From contig JBMFIG010000016.1 in NCBI GenBank assembly GCA_049976425.1, positions 1-34,041 of the forward strand: a stretch of 34,041 nt of DNA, given 5' to 3'. The translations under genes were made by a program, and so were the position numbers. Each line of letters starts with the position of its first letter. Position 1 is the first letter of the stretch. Under the pieces are notes generated by a model that saw nothing but the letters and a program-made list of their open reading frames with translations, ran no database searches and was not told the DNA's origin. This DNA comes from Thermoproteus sp. GTDB lineage: Archaea; Thermoproteota; Thermoprotei; Thermoproteales; Thermoproteaceae. Positions 27,753-34,041 of the stretch are shown in pieces.

Positions 27753-28783
27753 GGCCTATACGCGAGGGCCTCCCTCACGGCGATCTTCACGGGCTCGCCC
27801 GGCCTCGGCGCCGTGTCGGACTCGGCGGAGAGCCTTACGCCGTTGCAGTCGAGATCCACGTGGTACGTCCCGCCTATGAACCTCGCGTCGACGACCTTGC
27901 AGTCTATCCCCCCGTCGCGCTCCACGACGACGGAGCCTTGCCTAACCACGACGACCGCTTGCTCGCCCACCGCCAGATCCTGGGCCGCCTCCGCCCTGAT
28001 GGGGAACCCCACGTCGACCGTCACCGTCCCCCCGCTACGGTCGACCACCACGCCGCGTAGCGTCTTGGCCCTCCCTATGAACGAGGCGACGAAAACGTCT
28101 GCGGGTTTTCTGTAGATCTCCTCGGGCGTGCCGATCTGCCTCACAGATCCGGCGTTCATCACGGCGATCCGATCGGCCACGGCGAACGCCTCCTCTTGGT
28201 CGTGGGTTACGTATATGGTGGTTATGGAGAGCTCCTTGGCTATCCTCCTGACCTCCCCCCTCAGCTCCGCCCTCAGCTTCGCGTCTAGGTTGGCCAACGG
28301 CTCGTCCAGCAGAAGCACGGCGGGCTCTACGACGAGGGCTCTGGCGAGGGCAACCCTTTGTTGTTGCCCTCCCGAAAGCTCGTAGGGCCTCCTCCTCTCG
28401 AGCCCGGCCAAGCCCACTAGCTCCAGCATTCGCTTGACGCGGGCCTCTATCTCGGCCTTCGGCAGTTTCCTCAGCTTGAGGCCGTAGGCCACGTTGTCGA
28501 AGACCGTCATGTGGGGCCAGAGCGCCCAAGTCTGGGGCACCATCGCCGTGTTCCTCGCCTGTGTCGGCAAGTCCGTCACGTCCCTTCCGTCGAAGTATAT
28601 ACTGCCGTAGGTCGGCTCCTCGAGGCCCGCGATCAGGCGGAGGAGCGTGGTCTTCCCGCACCCCGAAGGCCCCAAGACCGCGAATATCTCCCCGTCCTTC
28701 ACCTCAAGATCTACGTCCTTGACAGCATATACGTCGCCGTATTTCTTGGTCAACCTCTCCGTCCTGACCGAGACCACAAGCAT
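27749..28783 (-). CDS. ABC ATPase (FbpC/PotA-like with TOBE domain)
   Basis: GPSGCGKTT, LSGGQQQRVALARAL, LLDEPL and YVTHDQEEA. Confidence 0.93.
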   Translation of the reverse strand: MLVVSVRTERLTKKYGDVYAVKDVDLEVKDGEIFAVLGPSGCGKTTLLRLIAGLEEPTYGSIYFDGRDVTDLPTQARNTAMVPQTWALWPHMTVFDNVAYGLKLRKLPKAEIEARVKRMLELVGLAGLERRRPYELSGGQQQRVALARALVVEPAVLLLDEPLANLDAKLRAELRGEVRRIAKELSITTIYVTHDQEEAFAVADRIAVMNAGSVRQIGTPEEIYRKPADVFVASFIGRAKTLRGVVVDRSGGTVTVDVGFPIRAEAAQDLAVGEQAVVVVRQGSVVVERDGGIDCKVVDARFIGGTYHVDLDCNGVRLSAESDTAPRPGEPVKIAVREALAYRP

Positions 28784-28852
28784 AGTGCGTGGTTAAAAAA
28801 TTAACAGTATCCCATAAGCATCAAGCTTATATATACATGAGTAAAGCACGGC

Positions 28853-29332
28853 GTGTACGCCCTCGTGAGGTTGCGAGGCGAGATCGAGGGAGTTGGGTTC
28901 AAGGCAGTTGTGTCCGGCGACGTTGCGCAGGCGCTGGGCCTCAGGATAGGCGACGCCGTAAGGATCGAGAGCCCCGACGGGTTCAGCGGCGCCAGAGTCG
29001 TGGAGATAGATAGGGCGATGAAGTCGGGCCTCCTCGTCACGTCCGACGTCTACATAGCGTTGGGCAGAAGGGCGAGGGCCGTGCTCCTCAAGAAGATAGA
29101 GAGGGCCTTCGAGGCCTCCAGGATCGAGCTCGCTCTGGGGACCGACGCGCCGATATCGTCAGAGGAGCTGAGAGCCGTCATTTCGGCGATAGCCTCCGCC
29201 AGAGTGCCCGTCTTCGCGAAATTCACGGGCTACCTCTACGCCGGAGGGGGCTGGGTTAGGGTGTTCGTGAAGGGCGTGGAGCCCAGGGAGCCCGCCTATA
29301 TCTCGTACGACACGGCCGTCTCGTTGAGGTAG
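28853..29332 (+). CDS. Hypothetical protein resembling a stand-alone CDC48/VAT N-domain
   Basis: ALGLRIGDAVRIE double-psi-barrel-like motif and V..VEP..P.YI..DT.V end; no ATPase motifs. Confidence 0.55.
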   Translation: MYALVRLRGEIEGVGFKAVVSGDVAQALGLRIGDAVRIESPDGFSGARVVEIDRAMKSGLLVTSDVYIALGRRARAVLLKKIERAFEASRIELALGTDAPISSEELRAVISAIASARVPVFAKFTGYLYAGGGWVRVFVKGVEPREPAYISYDTAVSLR

Positions 29333-29360
29333 GTATTTATTAACGGGCCAATGAGGTGAA

Positions 29361-29879
29361 GTGTTGAGAAAGGGGCTCGACAAACTGCCGGAGCCCTATA
29401 GGTCGGTCGTAGGCCGTCTGTTGGAGGCCCTATTGGCGCACTACGGCGACGGCTTGGTCTCGCTGGTCGTCTACGGGAGCGTGGCCAGGGGATCCGCCAG
29501 GAAGGACAGCGACGTAGACCTCCTGGCGGTGTTCGAGGATCTGCCCAAGTCGCGCGTGGCAAGGCTCGCGTTGTTCGAGAAGGCCGAGGACGCCGTACAG
29601 CCGCTACTCGACGAGCTGATGGAGGAGGGATATGCGATAGCGCTATCGCCTATACTGAAGACGAGGAAGGAGGCCGAGAGGTTCGCGCCGATATACATAG
29701 ATATGACTGAGGACGCCGTAATAGTCTACGACAAGGGCGGTTTCTTCGAGGGCGTGTTGAGGAGGCTCTCCGAGAAGTTGAGGGAGCTGGGCGCCGAGAG
29801 GGTCTGGGTCAACGACAGGTCGTGGTACTGGGTGTTGAAGAGGGACTACAAGTTCGGCGACTTGATCGAGCTTGAATAA
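29361..29879 (+). CDS. Nucleotidyltransferase (MNT) antitoxin
   Basis: VYGSVARGSARKDSDVDLL. Confidence 0.92.
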   Translation: MLRKGLDKLPEPYRSVVGRLLEALLAHYGDGLVSLVVYGSVARGSARKDSDVDLLAVFEDLPKSRVARLALFEKAEDAVQPLLDELMEEGYAIALSPILKTRKEAERFAPIYIDMTEDAVIVYDKGGFFEGVLRRLSEKLRELGAERVWVNDRSWYWVLKRDYKFGDLIELE

Positions 29880-30300
29880 CCTAGACCTAGCGAGGTCTCA
29901 CATAAGGCAGGCTCTGGAGAGGATAAGACATGCCCGCGAGGCGTCTGAGGGCGGGAACTACCCGTACGCCGTGAGGCAGTGCCAAGAGGCCGTGGAGCTC
30001 CTGCTGAAGGCCGCCTTGAGGATAGTAGGGATCGAGCCGCCGAAATGGCACGACGTGGGGCCTATCTTGAGGAGGGAGAGGGATAAATTCCCCCGATGGT
30101 TCCAAGAACACGTCGACCGGCTCGCCTCCATATCCAGGCGTCTGAGGAAGGAGAGGGAGCTGGCCATGTACGGGGACGAGGACAGCGGAGTTCCGCCCGA
30201 GGAGCTGTACACCGCGGAGGACGCCGAGCAGTACCTGAGGGATGCGGAGCTGGTGGCCGACTTGGTCCTCAAGCTGTTGGAGGAGGCCGCCCGCCGTTAG
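29872..30300 (+). CDS. HEPN-domain protein
   Basis: AVRQCQEAVELLLKA, PPKWHDV and RELAMYGDE. Confidence 0.9.
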   Translation: MNNLDLARSHIRQALERIRHAREASEGGNYPYAVRQCQEAVELLLKAALRIVGIEPPKWHDVGPILRRERDKFPRWFQEHVDRLASISRRLRKERELAMYGDEDSGVPPEELYTAEDAEQYLRDAELVADLVLKLLEEAARR

Positions 30301-30950
30301 TACCAGGCCCTGGTCAGATCCACCTTTATTATCAGGAGAGGCTCCGAGGTCTTGCCGAGCCCCCTCACCCTCTTGATTATCCTCTCGGCGAGCGCCCCCT
30401 CCTTGTATTTGGCGAGCGCCTTCTCTAGGCCGTAGGCGTCCAGCATGGCGCTGGCCTCCTCCCTGATTATATAATCGGCGATCTGATCCAAGCCGGCCAG
30501 CTCCCCCGCCTTGATGAGCTGGGAGACTGTGAAGAGCTGGAGCCCCAGGTGGTCTATCTTGGATAGGAACTCGTCCAGGTTCTTGTTGGGCCTAAAGCCC
30601 TCCTCGCCCATGGTCGCCTTCTTGAAGTCCTCGTCGGTGAAGACCAGCCGCACCCTCTGCCTCCACTTGGCCGACCACATGACGACCCACTCGGAGGCCA
30701 GCTCGGCTATTTTGGGCCAACGCTCGGTTATGTAGACGCAGAGCCTCAGACGCGCCTTGTCTTCCCTGAACCTCTGGGCCATATATACCCCGGACTTGTA
30801 GGCCAGATAGTGGAGGAAGTCCCTCAGAGCTATGTCCACCACCGTCTCCAGCTCCCGCTTGGGCATATCCCAGTAGTACTCCGATAGAGCGCCCTCCAAG
30901 AGCTCCCTCACGTTCTCCACCGCGGCGTCGAAGTTGCAGTACGGCTCCAT
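30297..30950 (-). CDS. Hypothetical protein
   Basis: 217-aa ORF with host codon use; TTTAAATA about 25 nt upstream. Confidence 0.8.
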   Translation of the reverse strand: MEPYCNFDAAVENVRELLEGALSEYYWDMPKRELETVVDIALRDFLHYLAYKSGVYMAQRFREDKARLRLCVYITERWPKIAELASEWVVMWSAKWRQRVRLVFTDEDFKKATMGEEGFRPNKNLDEFLSKIDHLGLQLFTVSQLIKAGELAGLDQIADYIIREEASAMLDAYGLEKALAKYKEGALAERIIKRVRGLGKTSEPLLIIKVDLTRAWY

Positions 30951-30992
30951 GGTCCCTATACGCGATGGATATTTAAAAGCTCTCTCCCCACA

Positions 30993-31745
30993 CTACAACC
31001 ACTTCAAGATCTCCTCGGTAATTTTTTCGTATACTCTACTCAAAGAGAGATACATATAATATTTATTCAAGAAATATCTATATATTTTGGTCAAGATGGT
31101 GCGGTCAGCGGAGAACTCTATGCCGTAGTCTATGGAGAGGAGCACCAGCCCCTCGGCGGGAGCGCTGGGCACGGGGCCCCCTCCGCCGCCCTCCAACAAG
31201 CGCCTGATGTCGTCGATGTCCAAGACGCCGCGGCCCGCGGCCAGCAAAGCCCAGACTATCTTCCTCAACATCTTGTTCTTGAAGCCCCTCCCCCTAAACA
31301 CGATCTCTATGTAGGCCCCTCTATCCTCCACCTCTATCGAGTATATGGTCGTCACCGCCTCGCGGACGCCCTTGGCGAAGTTCCTGTAGTCGTGGGTGCC
31401 CACGAAGAGGGAGGCCGCCTCCCTAACCAGGCCTAGGTCCTCGCCCCTATAGGGGGCGAAGTAGGCGTAGGTCCTAGCCCGCGCCCTCCTCGGGTTGAAC
31501 CCCTCGGGCACCTCGGCGTATCCCCAGACCCACAAGCCCCTCGGGAGCTCCGCGTTGATCTGGCCCAAGGGCTTCGAGGAGCTCGCCACTACTACGTTGC
31601 CGAGGGCCGAGACGCCGGGATCCGTGCGCGAGCCTCTGCCCAGCAGAGGGCCCAAGGCTCTGGCCAACGCCGGCTCCACAGACCTCTCGTGGCCCGTGAA
31701 GCCGTAGAACAAGGACCCGTCATAGGCGACTAGGTAGGCGATCAC
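30993..31745 (-). CDS. truA: tRNA pseudouridine(38-40) synthase
   Basis: AYDGS.F.GF, SRTD.GVSA.GN, GTHDY.NF and APAEGLVL; start moved to GTG 31745 after TTTAAATA. Confidence 0.92.
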   Translation of the reverse strand: MIAYLVAYDGSLFYGFTGHERSVEPALARALGPLLGRGSRTDPGVSALGNVVVASSSKPLGQINAELPRGLWVWGYAEVPEGFNPRRARARTYAYFAPYRGEDLGLVREAASLFVGTHDYRNFAKGVREAVTTIYSIEVEDRGAYIEIVFRGRGFKNKMLRKIVWALLAAGRGVLDIDDIRRLLEGGGGGPVPSAPAEGLVLLSIDYGIEFSADRTILTKIYRYFLNKYYMYLSLSRVYEKITEEILKWL

Positions 31746-31869
31746 CGGCGCTAGTCGGGCCGTATTTAAAATTTCATCCGCTACGGCCGAGCCGCCTCGG
31801 GCCCGGCTCCGGGATCGATAGGCACGAGATCTCCGCGCCAACGTTTTAAGGGCCGGCAGATCGGCTTCC

Positions 31870-32934
31870 GTGGTCGTCGTGAGGGCTAAATACGTGCTGT
31901 GGGGGGCCGACCTCGAGGTTGTGGAGGACGGCGTCGTGGAGATAGACGACGAGGGGAAAGTGGCGGGGATCGGGAAGTACTCAGGCCAGATCTCGCTGGA
32001 CTTAGGCAACGCCGTCTTGATGCCCCAGCTGGTGGACGCCCACATACATCCCCTCGACGTTGCCATGGCCGACCGCGACGACTACTACATAGACGATCTG
32101 GTCGGCTGGCCCCACGGCGTGAAGTACCACTTCTTGAGGAGGCTGGTGGCCAGGAGGAGGCATCTGAGGCCTCTGGAGGCGTTGGCCAGGAGGGCGAGGA
32201 GGTACGGGATCGGTTGCGTTGTGGCCTACGCCGAATACGCGGCCGGCGACGTGGAGGCGGCCTTCAAGAAATACGGCGTCGACGCCTTGGTCTTCCAGGA
32301 GGCCCACGGCGATATGCCGGAACACCCCTACGTGCAGGTCGCGTCGCCTCTCGACCACCCGCCGGAGTACCTCAAAGAGCTCAGGAGGAGGCACAAGCTC
32401 GTCTCCACCCACGTGTCGGAGACGGAGGACTGCCACGAGGCCGGCGACCTCGACCTCGCGCTGAAGGTCCTTGACGCGGACGTCCTCGTCCACTTGGTCT
32501 ACGCCACGGCGGAGGAGATCGAGGAGATACCGAGGGGGAAGGCCGTCGTGATTAACCCGAGGGCGAACGCCTACTTCGTCGGGAGGCTTCCCGACGTCCC
32601 GTCGTTGATGCCGTTGAGGCCTCTGCTGGGGACCGACAACGCCTTCGTCAACGAGCCCGACATATGGGCAGAGGTAAAGTTCCTCCACGCGTACGGGAGG
32701 ACCAAGGGGTGGGACCTCGACGAGCGCGACCTCCTCAAGATGGCCACGACGTGGCCTTGGGAGAAGCTGAGGTGCGGATCGCCGGTAGACGTGGGGCTTA
32801 GGGCCAAGGCGCTCGCCGTAGCCCTACCCTACCCCACCCACAACGTGTACAAGTTCCTCGCCAGGAGGGCCGGGGCGCAGGACGTCCTGGCGTTCATAGA
32901 GGGGGACGAGGTGGTCTTCCAGCACGAGATCTAG
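31870..32934 (+). CDS. Metal-dependent amidohydrolase / deaminase
   Basis: MP.LVDAHIH, THVSE, LVH, NPRAN and LGTDN motifs. Confidence 0.9.
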   Translation: MVVVRAKYVLWGADLEVVEDGVVEIDDEGKVAGIGKYSGQISLDLGNAVLMPQLVDAHIHPLDVAMADRDDYYIDDLVGWPHGVKYHFLRRLVARRRHLRPLEALARRARRYGIGCVVAYAEYAAGDVEAAFKKYGVDALVFQEAHGDMPEHPYVQVASPLDHPPEYLKELRRRHKLVSTHVSETEDCHEAGDLDLALKVLDADVLVHLVYATAEEIEEIPRGKAVVINPRANAYFVGRLPDVPSLMPLRPLLGTDNAFVNEPDIWAEVKFLHAYGRTKGWDLDERDLLKMATTWPWEKLRCGSPVDVGLRAKALAVALPYPTHNVYKFLARRAGAQDVLAFIEGDEVVFQHEI

Positions 32935-32975
32935 CCGGCGGGAAAGCAATTTATATACGGAAGGCGCTCGGTGGC

Positions 32976-33746
32976 GTGGACGTTGCCGTCTACGTGAGGA
33001 GAGGCGCTAGAGCCAAGGCAGTCGTGGAGATCGCCCAGAGCCTCGGCCTCCCCCACGTCCTCGACCTCGGCGGGCTCCGGCTGGACAAATCGCCGTACCT
33101 ACACGCGGTGGAGCTCGACCTTGAGCTGGCGGCGCCGCCCTCCGCTCTGGTGATGCCCCCGGCGGACGACATATACAAGCCCGTGTTGATAGCCGACCTC
33201 TTGAACGTGAGGAGGATCTTCCTGCCCCCGCCGCCCACCGTCGACGATCTGGCCCGCGTATACGACGAGGCCGCGGCATACGGCGTGGAGGTGGTGTGGC
33301 TCTACGGGAGGCCTCCCCTCGCCAGGCCCGAGGACGTGGAGGCCGTCGCCGAGGCGGTCCACCCGAGGGCGGCCAGGATAGTCTACGACGTCGTCTCGGC
33401 GAGATCCAGCAAGGAGATCGTCAAGACCTTGGTGTCGTTGCAGGGGTATATGGCCTCCATGTACCTCTCCAACAGGAAGGGGCGGCGCGGCCCGAGGCTT
33501 CCGCCGTTCGACGTAGACGGCGTCATAAACTACTCCGACGTGGTCCAGGCCGCGTTGTTGTTGCAGTGGGACGGGCAGTACGTGTTGAGGATGGCGCCGC
33601 AGTTCGCCGACAAGCTGTCTCTGCAGGTGGCGGTCCTGAACGAGATCGCCGAGACGTTCAGGAGCGCCGGGAAGGCCTCCAAGAAGGTCCAGAGGATGGT
33701 CGCCGAGGTCCTCGACGAGATATTCGCCAGTAGCGGCTTGGAGTAG
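32976..33746 (+). CDS. Hypothetical protein, possibly a degenerate xylose-isomerase/AP-endonuclease-like TIM barrel
   Basis: A..YGVEV, IVYDV, YLSN...RLPPF..DGVINY pattern; canonical metal ligands appear altered. Confidence 0.55.
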   Translation: MDVAVYVRRGARAKAVVEIAQSLGLPHVLDLGGLRLDKSPYLHAVELDLELAAPPSALVMPPADDIYKPVLIADLLNVRRIFLPPPPTVDDLARVYDEAAAYGVEVVWLYGRPPLARPEDVEAVAEAVHPRAARIVYDVVSARSSKEIVKTLVSLQGYMASMYLSNRKGRRGPRLPPFDVDGVINYSDVVQAALLLQWDGQYVLRMAPQFADKLSLQVAVLNEIAETFRSAGKASKKVQRMVAEVLDEIFASSGLE

Positions 33747-33761
33747 GCGGCCGTCGCGCCG

Positions 33762-33983
33762 TTATATAACCAGCGGTATCCTCGCCTCCCTCGCCCTCTC
33801 GAGGAACTCCTCCACCCCCAGCCCGGCGAGCCTCGCCGCAGTTCTGAAATCGCCCGTCTCCACGTAGTACCTCAACGCCGCCCTCAGACGGGGAGGCTGC
33901 CTCTCTATATAGGCCCAATCGGCCTCCCTCCTCCTAATCTCCCTAGCCTCCTCCAGAAGCTCCAGCCAGAACTCCCTCTCCAC
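33762..33983 (-). CDS. Small HTH-like protein (UPF0175-like, possible antitoxin)
   Basis: YVETGDFRTAARLAGLGVEEF...ARIP C-terminal pattern. Confidence 0.6.
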   Translation of the reverse strand: MEREFWLELLEEAREIRRREADWAYIERQPPRLRAALRYYVETGDFRTAARLAGLGVEEFLERAREARIPLVI

Positions 33984-34041
33984 GTCACTCCAGCCCCAGC
34001 CTCCTTAAATCCCTTCTGGCGAACCTATGCCCCGTCTCCGC

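Noticed and set aside
31746-32066. N-terminal extension of TruA in the ORF track
   Set aside because: It overlaps the divergent amidohydrolase; TruA homology and a TATA box point to GTG 31745.
33985-34041. Possible 3' end of an upstream gene (AETGHRFARRDLRRLGLE*) on the minus strand
   Set aside because: Too short to assign at the window edge; may simply be promoter DNA for the 33983 ORF.

Overview
GC-rich archaeal chromosomal segment with TATA boxes about 25 nt upstream of mostly leaderless starts. Gene content suggests Thermoproteaceae, probably Thermoproteus-like (inference). It carries a Tat-exported polysulfide/thiosulfate-reductase-type psrABC operon, a GT39/PMT-like glycosyltransferase, a Pho84-like MFS transporter, an isolated nuoBC pair, three HEPN/MNT toxin-antitoxin pairs, an ECF transporter, a radical SAM/SPASM enzyme, a CDF transporter, Dph6, two ABC uptake systems, TruA, an amidohydrolase and several hypothetical genes. 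The standout is 16491-17101: two perfect 40-nt structured direct repeats (11-nt spacer) lie directly upstream of a compact RNase H-like DUF3800-type gene (FVDESG...LQLADLVAG). This is a candidate RNA-associated nuclease module, and it sits at the edge of a decayed formate-dehydrogenase operon (cytochrome b pseudogene fused by deletion to an FdhD C-terminus). Other items absent from the ORF track or otherwise unusual are a 52-aa Cys-rich microprotein, a probable structured RNA after nuoC, a stand-alone CDC48 N-domain-like protein, and an ATG-TGA at the apparent start of the ECF ATPase. All family assignments come from motif recognition by eye, not database searches.
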